From: Torpedo marmorata
Taxonomy: Eukaryota
Direction of reading: 5' to 3'
NCBI GenBank assembly: GCA_977017645.1
Contig: OZ360230.1
Coordinates: forward strand, 75,268,001 to 75,332,000
DNA length: 64,000 nt
In this document: positions 1 through 13,065 of the stretch, one piece after another
How positions within the stretch are numbered: the stretch's first letter is position 1
Layout: each line of letters begins with the position of its first letter
Notes under the pieces: model-generated
The model's input: only the letters and a program-made list of their open reading frames with translations
Databases searched by the model: none
What the model was told of the DNA's origin: nothing
Made by a program: the position numbers and the translations under genes

Positions 1-639
1 ACTGTACATTAATTCCATTGAAAGTACACACAAATACAGCATAGATATTGAGAAATTATTTTCAGCTTTCATGCTCAATTTCAAAGGACGGCTCTTTTCA
101 AAACTATGAAATGCCTCTTAGCGCACTGAAATGGGATCTGAAGAGCCTTCACCACGATTAGTGAGGAGGACAAGCTACTGCCTTGTCACTGCCTTGCAGT
201 TGGCTGGGAAGTGGGGCAGCATTTAAATAACTGTCTCCATAGCAGCCACCGTGCAGTGGAGATGAGGGAAAATGCAAGGGAGGGATTCTATGTTAATCTG
301 TTCCAACCCCTTGCTCCAAATGGCTCAAATTCCATGAGTGGCCAAGCCACTGGTAAACAAGCAAGAGTCCACTGATGAAAGCACACATCTCATGTTTGAT
401 CTTAAGAAAAGGCCTGTGATCAGTGAAGGGGAAACCCTGATTAATTCTGCATAATGCTGACCAGGAATATTGAGGCTGGGGACGTGTTGTGCAAACATTG
501 ATGTTACATGGATGCTGAGCCTGGGGGATGTGGAATACAAATATTGATGATTCAGTTTAAACCCCTTAATTTCCATTTCATTCAGAACGCCCTGTACAAA
601 ATGCTCCTAGGCCTTTTGTGAGTGAACAGCAAAGTTGTA

Positions 640-783
640 GAGAGATACAAGAAACTGCAGATCTGTAATCTACAGTAAGAAACAAAATGCTAGAGGAACT
701 CAGCATCCATGGAGGAAAATGGACAGTTAGAGTTTTGACCCAAAATGTCAATTGTTCATTTTCCTCCAGCATAAGTTATAGGT
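640..783. repeat. Short fold-back relic of Penelope-like element termini
   Basis: Contains the aaatgctagaggaactcagc motif shared with the Penelope termini at 18781 and 21380; internal inverted repeat ggaggaaaatggacagtt / aattgttcattttcctcc. Confidence 0.55.
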
Positions 784-2281
784 TGCACCCAAAAGCTCCA
801 GCTTCTGCTGGCAGTGGAGCAAGTGTAGTGAGTGTTATGGCATCATTAGTTCAAGTTCAAGTTCCAGTTTATTGACATCTGATTGTAGATATACATATAC
901 AACCTGATGAAACAGCGTATCTCCAGACCATAGTGCATACACACAAACACAAAGTACTCCCTACACACAAACAACATTCTGTATATACGTAGTGATCCAA
1001 AGTAGCTGTGCTCAGGATGCTGGGCAAATTGAAGCCTTCCTAAGGATCTGGACTAATCACCAAAGGGTTGAAAAGCAACCTGGAAAGAATCACTAGCGTG
1101 ATTTAACATATGGAAATAACATTTTCATTTGTAATTTTCAGTTTATAAAATCTATACAATGGGGTCCTATTTTAAGGTTTGAAATTTAGTTGTTATTTAG
1201 TTGCCAGGATTCAAAGGCAAGCTCAATCCTGTTCTCAAGAATACCCGCAGATATGTATTTTCTTGCAACAATAATTATCTGAGCTCTCTTTTCCTTCCAA
1301 AGACTGCTGATTCCCTCTCCAGTCTGAAGACATAACTCCTGATATGAGCCAAGAGCCTCTCTGTAGAGGCTGATTCCACAACTGCAGGGCATTTGGCAAC
1401 TGAAAGATTGGTAAACTTCCACAGTATTCTTCAAACAAATACTTGCAGACATAAGGGTGCCTTTGGTTAAAGTTTACTTTCATTCAGCATGTATTAGCAA
1501 AGGTTCAAGTGAATTAGGCTTGAGTGAAAGAATTAGAAAATAAAAACAATTGGTATCCATATTAAGGCAGGATGAATGGAACACGACACAAGGATAAGAA
1601 AAGATTGACCAGCCTGTATGAAATGCAAGTTCTCCCAAAAGCAGCACTTTAATTCATTGAAAATTAAACCATTCCCAGACTGAAATTTTGCAGTCAGTAT
1701 GAGTTTTGTCTGTGCACAATTCTAATGATAGACAGGATAGCTGTGATTAACTCTGAAGAGAAAATACTGAATTTCACTTCACACGGAACTTCAAAATTAT
1801 TACCAGTTCACTGCTTGGTGCTTGACCACTCTGAGGTTTCCTTTTGTCTGACTGCTGATATAGGTAACCCATGTCAAGATATTTTACATTCAACATTGAT
1901 CCACGAGCGACTGCTCAAATGGTGGAGTTGGGGGTGGGGTGGGGCGAGCGGGGAGTAGGGGCATTCTATAAATGGCACTGGTTGATGTAATTGAGAAATG
2001 GGTAGAATTGGAGTACAAAGGGTAAGATAACAGAAAAGGTGAGAGAAAAAATCTTTAAAAGGTGTCATGTTTAAGAGCATACATTATCTATGAGAATAAA
2101 AAATGACAATAATAACAATTCTTTGGACAAAATTGAAATTCTTTTGCCAAAATATATTTTTATTAATTTAATTCCAACCTACTGTTTTACTATGTACATA
2201 GCATAACCTATCAGAATGAAGTTACAAAGAAAATGTTTTCCAAAGTTTCCTGGGTGCTACATTACCAGAATTTTTTTAATT

Positions 2282-2861
2282 CATAGAACATACAACACTA
2301 CAGCACAGTACAGGCCCTTCGGCCCTCGATGTTGTGCTGACCCATATATTCCTTAAAAAAATTAAACCCTCTCTACCCCGCCACCCTCTATTTGTCTTCC
2401 ATCCATGTGTCTGCCTAAGAGTCTCTTAAATGCCCCTAATGTTTCAGCCTCCACCATCATCCCTGGCAAGGTATTCCAGGCACCCACAACTCTCTGTGTA
2501 AAAAAAAAACTTACCCCTGATGTCTCCCCTAAACTTCCCTCCCTTCACTTTGTATATATGTCCTCTAGTGTTTGCTATTCCTGCCCTGGGGAAAAAGGCG
2601 CTGGCTGTCCACCCTATCTATGCCTCTCATAATCTTGTAGACCTCTATTAAGTCTCCTCTCATCCTTCTAAGCTCCAAAGAGAAAAGTCCCAGCTCTGCT
2701 AACCTTGCCTCATAAGACTTGTTTCCTAATCCAGGCAACATCCTGGTAAATCTCCTCTGCACCCTCTCCATAGCCTCCACATCCTTCCTATAATGAGGTG
2801 ACCAGAACTGAACACAATACTCCAAGTGTAGTCCCACCAGAGATTTGTAGAGTTGCAACAT
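2282..2861 (-). mobile_element. CR1 LINE 3' fragment
   Basis: ORF 2565-2861 LEYCVQFWSPHYRKDVEAMERVQRRFTRMLPGL...LFSLELRRMRGDLIEVYKIM is the CR1 ORF2 C-terminus, followed by the CR1 3' tail (acagcacagtacaggcccttcggccc on +). Confidence 0.9.
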
Positions 2862-3247
2862 GAAGGTTTTCTGATAATTATATTGCTGAATTACTATCTT
2901 CCAATCTGCACTATTGTAACTTGTAAGTGCATTTACTTCATATCACTTTTTAACCTTACGTCATGGCTTTCAATATCCCCTCCAAATCTATTCATCTATT
3001 CCAAATATCATGTAAAGGTCTTGTATGTCATGAAACACTGCAGCATGATAAGGCCCTTGTGACAGTTTTAGTTTACAGAATCGCAAAATGTTTTGCAGAA
3101 AACCACCATTCAGTTCTTTAATTTTGACACCAACACTTTCATTCATTTCTTTTGCCTTTTTTACCTTTAAATGTTTAAATTTACATCATAATTTCAATAC
3201 TTGTTCTGAATAGCTACTATACATTGAAACACTCCATGACAATGAGG

Positions 3248-6200
3248 AGAAACACGAAAGTCTGCAGATGCTGTAATTGTAGTAAGTGGTGCAAAATGCT
3301 GGAGGAACAGCAGGTCACACAGCATCCATAGGAGTTAAAGATATATAACTAATGTTTTGGGCCTGAGCCTTTCATCAAGGTCTGAGCAAAAAGCAGGCAG
3401 GTGTCTGAATAAAAAGGCTTGGGGAGGAGTGAAGAAAGGGCAGGGGAAGGATCACAGGCCAACAGGCAAAAGGCCATAATTGGACAGAGAAAGGAGGACA
3501 GGAGAGGAAAGGTGAGAATTCATAGGGGGAAGGGGTTGGCTCTGTGAATGCGGAGCTGGAGGAAAGGAGACAGAGGGAAAGGGAAAGAGAGAGAGACAGA
3601 GCTAGAGGAAAGGAGACATAGGGCATAGGGATAGGGGAAGGAGAGAGACAGGGGGGTGGGGTGCTAATGGAAACAGGAGAAGTTGATGTCAATGCCATCT
3701 TGTTGAAGGGTGACCAAATGGAATATGAGGTGTTGTACCAACAATTTTTGGGTGGTCTCAGTCTGGCAGTGCATGAGATCATGGACGCATGTCGGCATGG
3801 GAATTAGGCAGGGAATTAAAATGGGTTGCCACTGGGAGATCCCGTTTTTGCAGTGGACAGAGTGAAGGTGCTCAACAAAGTAATCTTCCAGTCTGAGTCC
3901 AGTCTCTCCGATGTAGAGGAGGCCACAACAGGAGCACCGCATGCAGCAGATGACGCCTGCAGATTCACAAGCAAGTGTTGCTTCACTTGGAAGGGCTGTT
4001 TCAGAATCAGAATCAGGTTTATTGTCATGAACATGTGTCATAAAATCTAATGTTTTGCGGAAGCAGTATTGTGCAGAACAAGGTGAAAAATTACTATAAA
4101 TTACAATTCTGGAAATACAAGACTTAAAAAAATAATTAACTAGTGAAAAAAAGAGAAAAAGTAAGGGAGTGTCCATAGATTCATTCGCCAGTCAGAAATA
4201 TGATGGCGGAGAGGAAGAAGCTGTTTTTGTAATGTTGAGTGTCTGTCTTCAGGCTCCTGCACCTCCTTCCTGATGGTAGCAGTGAGAAAATGGCGTGGCC
4301 TGGGTGATGAGGGTCCTTGATGATAAAAGCTGCTTTTTTGAGGCACCGTCTCTTTAGATGCCCTTAATGCAGTGAAGACTAATGGTGGCGCTGGTTGAGT
4401 TAACAACTCTACGTAGCCTGTTCTTGTCTTGTGCATTAGCACCTCCATAGCAGAAAGTGATGCAGAATGCTCTCCATGGTACACCTGTAAAAATTTGCAA
4501 GAGTCTTTGGTGACATACCAAATTTCCTCAAACTCCTAACGAAATATAGTTGCTGGCATGCCTTCTTCATGATTGAATCGACATGATGGTCCCAGGATAT
4601 GTGTTCAGTGATATTGTAACCCAGGAATTTTAAGTTTCCTACCATCTCCACTGATGACCCCTCAATGAGGACTGGTTTTTGTTCTCCTGGCTTCCCTTCC
4701 TGAAGTCCACAATCAATTCCTTAGTTTTACTGATGTTGAATGCAAGGTTGTTGTTGTGATACCACTGAACTAGCTGATCTATCTCACTCCTATACACTTC
4801 CTCATTGCCATCTATGATTCTACCGACGACCATGGTATCATCGGCAAATTTGTAGATGGCATTTGAATTGTGCCTAGCCACACGGTCATGGGTTTAGAGA
4901 GAGTAGAGCAGTGGGCTAAGCACGCATCCTTGAGGTGCCCCTCTGTTGATTGTCAGTGAGGAGGAGACATTGTTACCGATCCGCACTGAGTGTGGTCTTC
5001 CGATGAAGAAGTCAAGGATCCAGTTGCAGTTGGAGGTACAGAGGCCCAGGTTTTGAAGCTTGCTAACCAGTACTGAGGGAATGATGGTGTTGAAAGCTGA
5101 GCTATAATTGATGAAAACCAGCCTTATGTAGGTATTGCTGTTGTCCAGGTGATCCAGGGCTGAGTGGAGAAACAGTGAGATTACATCTGGTGTGGAATGA
5201 TTGTGGCGATAGGCAAATTGCAGTGGGTTCAGGTCTTTACTTAGATATGATTTAATGCTGGCCATGACCAACCTCTCAAAGCATTTCATTACAGTAGATG
5301 TGAATACTACTGGGCGATAGTCATTGAGACAGCTCACCCTACTCTTCTTGGGCACTGGTATGGCATGATTGATGCCCTTTTGAAGCAAGTGGGAACCTCT
5401 GACTGTAGCAGTGAGAGATTGATGTCTTTGAACACTCCAGCTGGTTGGTTGGCACAGATTTTCAGTATCCTGCCAGGTAAACCATCAGGGCCTGACGCCT
5501 TGAGAGTGTTCACCCTCTTGAAAGATGTTCTGACATTGGCCTCTGAAACAGATATCATAGGGTCACCAGTTTTTACAGGGATTTTCAAAGTACAGTTGAA
5601 TTCTCCTTTTCAAAGTGAACATAAAAGGTGCTCAGCTCATTGGAGAGTGAAGCGTCACAGCCTTGTAGGATGTAATGGCCTGCAAGCCCTGCCATAGCTG
5701 GCGTGTATCTAATTCTGTTTCTAACTTCACTCAGAACTGCTTCTTTGCTGTTAAGATAGCCTTCCGTAGGTCATACCTGGTTTTCTGATAGAGTTCTGGA
5801 TCACCGGTCTTAAACACCATCGATCTAGCCCTCAGCAGGCTGAGAATCCTTTGGTTCATCCACGGTTTTGGTGAGGCAATCCTGTGGTTCATCCACGGCT
5901 TTTAGTCAGGAGCCCCGTATGGTATGGAGGGAGGAGACATGGGTGCAAGTGTAGTATTTCTTGCAGTCACAGTGGTAGGTACCAAGGGGCGATCGGTGGA
6001 AGGAGTAGACGAAGGAGACACAGAGGGTGCGGTCCCTGCGGAAGGCGGAGAGGAGAGGAGAGGGGAAGATATGTCTGGTGGCGGGACCATGTAGTAGGTG
6101 GCGGAAATTGTGTAGGATGATATGTTGGATGCAGAGGCCGGTGGATGGTAGGTGAGGACAAGGGGAATCCTGTCCTTGTTGCACATGGGGGCGGAGGGGG

Positions 6201-6548
6201 CCAGGGCAGATGTGCGGGTAATGAAGGATATGCGTGTGAGGGCCGAGCCAATGGCAGCAGTGGGTAAGCCACGTTTTTTGAAGAAAGAGGACATCTCGGA
6301 TGATCTTGCATGGAGGACCTCATCTTGGGAGCAGATGTGACCGAGACGGAGGAATTGAAGAAAGGAATGGAATCCTTACAGGGGGCAAGATGTGAAGAGG
6401 TGTAGTCAAGATAGCTGTGGGAGTTGGTCGGTTTGTAGAAAACATCTGTTGAGGATTTGTCTCCCGAGATGGGGACAGAGAGATCGAGAAAGGGAGAGTG
6501 TTGCTAGAGATGAACCTCGTGATTTTGAGGTCAGAGTGGAAGTTGGCA
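3248..6548 (-). mobile_element. Penelope-like element (RT C-terminus + GIY-YIG + terminal repeat), interrupted by a Rex LINE at 4002-5900
   Basis: GVICCMRCSCCGLLYIGETGLRLEDYFVEH (GIY-YIG) at 3800-4000; MSSFFKKRGLP...RIPLVLTYHP at 5902-6294; sequences on either side of the Rex insert join colinearly compared with the copy at 19049-19880. Confidence 0.85.
4002..5900 (-). mobile_element. Rex1/Babar-like LINE, 5'-truncated, frameshifted RT
   Basis: [56 protein letters not shown]; (TCTGAT)n-type 3' tail at 4001-4016. Confidence 0.85.
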
Positions 6549-7478
6549 TTACCTGCATATCTGCCATGGCCCCGTCCGCGTTTCTGCCACCTAATACGTG
6601 ATCACACAACCAGACACATCTTCCCCTCTCCTCACCTCTCTGCCTTCCGCAGGGACTGCTCCCTCCATTACTCCATTGTCCACTATTCCCTTCCCACCAA
6701 TCACCCTCTTGGGTCCTACCCCTGTGACCACAAGAAATGCTACACTTGCACCCACGCCTCCTCCCTCACCAGCATTCAGGTCCCCAAACTTGCCTTTCAA
6801 GTGAACTAACACTTCCCCTGTGAATCTCCAGGGGTCATCTGCTATATCCAGTACTCCAGTTGTGTCCTCGCTACATCAGAGAGATTGGATACAGGCTGGG
6901 AAATGGTTTTTGATCACCTTCACTATGTCCACTGCAATAGCAGGGACCTCCCAGTAGCAACCCATTTCAATTACCCGGCCCATTCCCATGCCGACATGTC
7001 TGTCCATGATCTCATGCACTGCCAGACTGAGCCATCCCGCAAATTGGAGGACACCTCATATTCCATCTGTGCACCCTCCAACCGGATGGCATTATCATCG
7101 ACTTCTCTGTTTTCGTTAGATCCATCTCCCCTCCTATCCCTATTTCTCCTTTCCTCTAGCTCTCTCACTCTCTTTCCTTTTCCCTCTGTTTCTTTTCCTC
7201 CAGCTCTGCATTCACAGTGCCATCCCCTCCCCTGATCAATTCTCACCTTTCCTCTCCTCCTATCAATATCCAAATCAATATCTAATTATGGCCTTTTGCC
7301 TATTGGCCTGTACTCCTCCCCCTGCCCTTTCTTTCCTCCCCCCTCCCTCTTTTATTCAGACACCTGCCTGCATTTTGCTCATACCTTGACGAATGGTTCA
7401 GGCCTGAAATATTGGTTATATACCTTCTATGGATGCTGTGTGACCTGCTGAGTTCTTCCAGCATTTTTGTTTTTTTAC
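6549..7478 (+). mobile_element. Inverted second arm of the Penelope-like element
   Basis: TTRHIFPSPHLSAFRRDCSL, DLPVATHFN...HCQTEPSRKLE; ends in the terminal motif ccttgacgaatggttcaggcctgaaat...tgacctgctgagttcttccagcatt. Confidence 0.8.
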
Positions 7479-7559
7479 CATGACTTAATGATTTTTTTTG
7501 TGACATTTTACGTTTTTCCTCACCGAAGCCTCTTGCAAATTTCTACTGGTGTACCCTGG

Positions 7560-8796
7560 ACTCTGACTGGTTGCATCCCTGTCTGGTATGGAGGTGCCAA
7601 TGCACAGGACAGGAAAATACTGCATGAGCACCAGCCTTCACTCCTTTTTCTTTTTTAAATCTCTATTAATTCTATAAAATCATGGATATAACAGTTCATT
7701 CACTATATACGTTTACCAAGAAAAAGCAAAGAAAAGCATTATCACATGTTCCATTAAACCATCCATAACAGAGTATACATTACAGATATATATCAATTTT
7801 TTTCTTTACAATTTAGTATTATAATACCAATAGGTATAAAAAGAACCAAGCCACAAAAAAAAGATAACATAGTAATTTCATCATAATACATTTTTTAATA
7901 AAAGCTAAAGCACTCTAAACTAGCCTACCACCTACCCCCACCCCAGAATTGCACTGACCTGTAGAGATAATATAACTTCAAATCATGAGGAATCATAAAC
8001 TCTGATAATAGTCCATAAAGGAACCCCAAATATTAGTAAATTTTAGGTTTAATTTAATATTTGAACATCTAATTTTTTTCTAATGTTAAGTAACTAAAGG
8101 GTGGTCTCCGTTAATGATGTCATTAATTGGTCATATAAACATTATAAAAATGAATATTTTGCCTAAATTTTTGTATGTATTCCAAGCACTTCCAGTATTT
8201 TTCCCTAAAGTATTTTTTGATCAAATAGACACTTTAATTTCATCTTTTATTTGGAATGGTAAAAGACCAAGAGTAAGAAAGGAAGTACTACAAAATGACA
8301 AACCACAGGGTGGTTTTGCTTTACCTAATTTTAGGAATTATTATTGGGCTGCTAACATTAGATTTATTAATATTTGGATACATTTTAAGAATTATCAACA
8401 AAGATTTAAATGGATGAAATCAGAAATGAAGGTTATAGGTAAACATTCGTTAGTATCTATATTAGGAATGCCTTCACTCCAAAAGGACATCTACAAGAGG
8501 CAGTGTCTCAAGAAAGCAGCCTTTATCCTCAAGGACCTTCACCACCCAGGCCATGCCCTCTTCTCCCTGCTACCATCAGGAAGGAGGTACAGGAGCCTGA
8601 AGATAAACACCCAACGGTACGAAAACAGCCATCAGATTTCTGAATGAACCACAGACACCACCTCACTTTCTCTTCTTTTGCACTAATTTATTTATTTTGT
8701 AAAAAAATTAATTTATAGCAATTTTGCACCAGTAATGCTGCTGCAAAACAACAAATTTTGTGACATATTCATGACAATAAATTCTGATTCTGATTC
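7560..8796 (+). mobile_element. Rex1/Babar-like LINE 3' fragment (7560-7644 and 8470-8796) split by an L1 insertion
   Basis: LTGCIPVWYGGANAQDRK, then [40 protein letters not shown]; tail aataaattctgattctgatt. Confidence 0.8.
7645..8469. mobile_element. L1-clade LINE fragment with 5' inversion
   Basis: Minus-strand 3' end with poly(A) at 7645 to about 8097; plus-strand ORF2 piece IIKMNILPKFLYVFQALP...GGFALPNFRNYYWAA; 11-bp TSD gccttcactcc at 7634-7644 and 8470-8480. Confidence 0.85.
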
Positions 8797-9599
8797 ATGT
8801 TCTCCTTAGTGTGCTTGTAAAATAATTAAATGGCATTTCTGAGAGGATATGGATTTTGTCAGTTTTGGTTTACCATATTTATTATTTCCCATGAGAAATG
8901 CAGAAAAAAGTGAAAAGCTGGGCTACCTTTGTTTTTGTTATAATACAAACTGACTAATTTATGTTTTTCAGGCTCAAGAGAGTTCGAAGCATGCAACTTC
9001 TTGGTTGTTAACTTCCTCTGTATTTCATGGTCATGTCTTTTCACTTGAAAGTAGCTTTTGGGCCCCAATATGGTCATCTGTCTTCGAGGTGCCTCCCGCA
9101 GTAGATATTTCAGTTCTTCAGCAACAAAGGAAGTTATGTTGCCAAGAATCTCTACTCTGCTTTCATGGGCAATTGTTGGATCTTTTTTACCACTTGCCTA
9201 ATTTTCCTTTAAATGATATACTGCAACCCTTAAAGTTTGCCAAATCTTGATCACTAAACTGCTGACACATATCGAAAGCATAAAATGTCATCGCCCTCAT
9301 GTCACATTTCTGTCAAAGCCAAGCACCTCAACGTATGTTTGATCCATGATCCGAACACAGACAAAATGCCTTGCTAATGATTTATAACCTAATGATTGAT
9401 AATCTAATGGCCAAAGCAAAGGGAGGATGTTGATGAGATTAGCTCACAGTGCATGTGCTGCGCCGATAAAGTTGGTAAATTAGAAGACGGAGCTATTGGG
9501 CTTTCTGCTTGCAAGGTGGCAACAGTGATCGCTTTGATAAGAGCTTTGGAGAATGTCAAGAAAACCACTCCATGTTGTAAAAAGTATACTGTTCACAGG

Positions 9600-9968
9600 G
9601 ATTGTCAATTTTTCAGGTCAAGACCCTCCCCAGTCTTCATTCAGGGTCTCGACCCAAAACATCAAACACCCTTCACTTCCACAGATTCTGCCTGACCCAT
9701 TGAGTTCCTTCGGCTGTGTTTCTTTTTTGCTCCGGTTCCAGCACCCCTGCTCTTTGCATTTGCACTCCCATCTACTGAAAATTTAAGTTTAGAATAAAAA
9801 CAGAAAATGCTAGAATCACTCAGCAGGTCAAGGAGTGCAAAAATTGAAAAAGGATTTAGTGCTTCAGCTCAGAGGCCCTTTCTCAGAATTAGAGGAGAGT
9901 TTGACCTGCTGAATTTTTCCACTGTTTTCGATTTTTATTTCAGAATTCCAGCATCTGCAGGTTTTTGA
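9600..9968. repeat. Two degraded Penelope-terminal mini elements (about 9600-9750 and fold-back 9795-9968)
   Basis: cagggtctcgacccaaaacatc...ctgcctgacccattgagttcc; aaatgctagaatcactcagcaggtca ... tgacctgctgaatttttcc inverted pair. Confidence 0.55.
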
Positions 9969-12719
9969 TTTTCAAACAAAAGTCTTGGATAGCAAGAGAA
10001 TAGGATGACTGAGGAACAATGAAGGTTTGGGGCAAGGTGCACATTTCCCCAGTAGAGATGGCTGAAGTGAATGGTTGCATAGCCTTCTGACAAGTGGAAG
10101 ACCAATGAAAAGAAGACAAAAATGGGTTCAGGATCAGAGCAGCAACCAAAATATGCATAAACCTAAACACACCAAGAATTATTTTGATACACAATTATTG
10201 TCAGAAGGAAGACTTCGATTTTGATGCCATTCATTCTTGAGACTAGAAGAGTCTAGCTATTGATCTTGGATCTCTAGAGCAAATGGAAAAGATTATGTCA
10301 CTGCTGCAGCAGACTGAAATTGACATCAGACTATATGAATATGACTCCAAATGCTGTTAGGGCCAAACTTTGTAGCAGGTCTATGGGCAGCAATGCATTT
10401 TTGCTGACTAATCCTGTCATCACTCTTGAGTTAAACCAAACTTAAATAAATAACTCACAGTTTTTCCCTTTACAGCAACGGTCCCTCCTGATATCTCTCT
10501 TAGCCGCAAAAGTGATTCGTTTCACCAATTCCAATGCATATATTTTTACAGGTTGACCTGCCTGCAGCTATTTGCTGATTTTGATTTTGTTAATATGAAT
10601 GGAATGAGTTTTGAACTTCTTGGGTTCATTTCCTATGCCTCATGAATTCTCTTAAGTAAATGATGCAAGAGAAAACTTTAACTGTTTCAATTCCATCTTC
10701 ACACCAATAAAAGTACTTGAAACAAAATAAAATGCAGCTGTAATCACATGGGAACTTGTCAACCAAACCAAGAAGCCTTGCTGAGGGCAATAGATTGTGG
10801 CCACAGAAAATGTGCATGTAAGAATAATATTGACCATGTTTGTCATTGGCGTTAGTCACTGAGACACAGAAAATAATTTTGCGACAATGAAAAAAAAAGG
10901 GAAAATGCAAGAGAGAGATTTATTTCCAACTTGCATGATTAATTTATGATTAGGAATTTTAATCAATGTGACAATGTAAATGAAGGTCAAATCAAAATAA
11001 ATCAAATTGATGTAGCCAGTCATTGCATGTTTCAAAATATTTCATCAGCCATAAATTTCTTTTTTAAATTGCTCTGACCACTATATGCAAAAAAAGTCCA
11101 ACAATAGCAAACTGTTAATACATCTCTTTTTGTTGCTATCAGTTGTGGGGAACAGTCAGTGACAATTCAAGGAAAAAAAATTGGCTTCATCTTTCCAATC
11201 TGACTCCAATAATTTAACACACTTACAATACCCCGAGGGTACACTGAAATTTCTGGGTAGCATGAATCTAAAACCATTCACCAGAATGACAGCTTATAGG
11301 ATGGAACAAACTACTGTACTACATACCTGTGTGATAAATGATTAACCTCTGTGAGATTCTTTCTACATTCTCTTCAATTTCAACAGTTGCTTATTGGCAA
11401 ATGGCAAAGTCTCTTGATTTAAACATTTGGCCCAGAGTGCAAAATTCAGATCCCAGAACAAAAAAGATGTATAAATCATTGCATTTCATGAATAATCAGG
11501 TTTTTCCAAGATTCTTGATTGAAAATGATAGCTCCTGTAATTGTACTTTAATTTGACTATTTTAAGTGAGCTTGAACATAAGCTCCAAATTACATGTGGT
11601 ATGTAAACACAAAATGCAAAAAGAACATGATACTATTATTCTACATTCATAAAACAATTTCTTTCTAAGTATTAAATTTATATAGTTGAAGCAAAGACAT
11701 TATTGAAAAAGACAATTACTTTACGAATCTGTTTCGAATAAATTTTGACATGCAGAAGTTTTCAGTGAATTTGAGTCAGCCACATGCTTAGTTCCATATA
11801 ACTTAACAAAACAGCTTTTAACCTTGGGCCAAAATTATATTCAATTTCTTATTCCTTCCAAATCCAGCAATATTTCAGAAATCTGAGAGTTACAAAATGG
11901 TGGAATACTGGAATGTAAAAGTAAATGGGTAAACTAAAATTTGATATACAGTATGAATTGAATTCTGGCATGAATCCAGGGCATATTAAAAGTGTGGAAG
12001 TAGTTTCATGATGGACTGAACTCTATATACCCACTGGCTTGGAGTTTAGCAATATGTACTTTTGCCTGGGTGACACATATCGAGGAAATTAACTCATCAG
12101 TAGTGGTATTACAATAGCACCTTTGTGTGGGACAAAACTAATGACGTAATCTGTGGCACTCTACATGTGTGGATCATTTTACATAATCTCCCATTTGTCA
12201 GACTCATGAAATCCAAAGAAGTTTCAAATCTACACTCTCCCCATTTTGGAGCTCACCATCCTTTTGCTTAGAACTATAATGGACACTGGCTGACATTAAA
12301 ACTCTGAATTGCTTCAAAACAAAATCATACAGAGCGAACTTATGTTGCTACAAATGGTTCCTTTTCAAAATATAATTTTTTATTTGTAATCAAGAGCTGG
12401 TTGGGACAATTAAAAACATCAAAGATAAGAACACAATAACATTTCTTTGGAAAGCTATCAAAGAATATTTTCATGTGGAAGCCTTGCTAATGATTCCTGC
12501 CATCTTTGATGTTACTGATCGGCTACAACTTATAGATCATAGTGTCTTTTCAAATATTGATTGTGGCCAACTGCAGGATCAGTTAACTTTTCAGGAATAA
12601 AGTCCGTAAGTATTTATACATTTCCTTGTGCTTCTTTTTAGTTTAAGTTGAATATCGTATCAAAGGCATAAGGCACCCTAATAACACTTCAATAAACTCC
12701 TTTACAACTTTGACAAGTC

Positions 12720-13065
12720 AAAAATATTACAGATGTTAGAATCTAAAGTTAAAAGCAGAAAATGTTGGAAGCACCAGCAGGACTGGCAGCACCTATGGAA
12801 ATGAAAACAGAGCTGATAAACTGAGAATCTGTAAGACTTTCTCATACCACACCTGTTGAGTGTTTCCAGCATTTTCTGATTATATTCCATGCACCTTGAG
12901 TGCCTGTATGTTCCAGTTAGCCCACAAATATGTTTTAAGAATGTGCTGATGCAGGTTCCTGACCTGAAATGTCGACCATCCCTTTACCTTCATAGATGCT
13001 GGCTGACCCACTGACTTTCTCCAGAACCTCTTTTCTTTGCTCCAGATTCCAGCGTCTGTGGTCTG
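12720..13065. repeat. Penelope-terminal mini elements (fold-back 12720-12890; plus-strand 12942-13065 with hammerhead-like remnant)
   Basis: gcagaaaatgttggaagcaccagcagg ... acctgttgagtgtttccagcattttctg; ctgatgcaggttcctgacctgaaatgtcgac...gctggctgacccactgactttctccag. Confidence 0.55.

Noticed and set aside
8114-8647. 177-aa ORF as a real gene
   Set aside because: Chance in-frame fusion of an inverted L1 piece and the Rex fragment it inserted into
8859-9250. Overlapping ORFs as a host exon
   Set aside because: No recognisable protein motif in either direction
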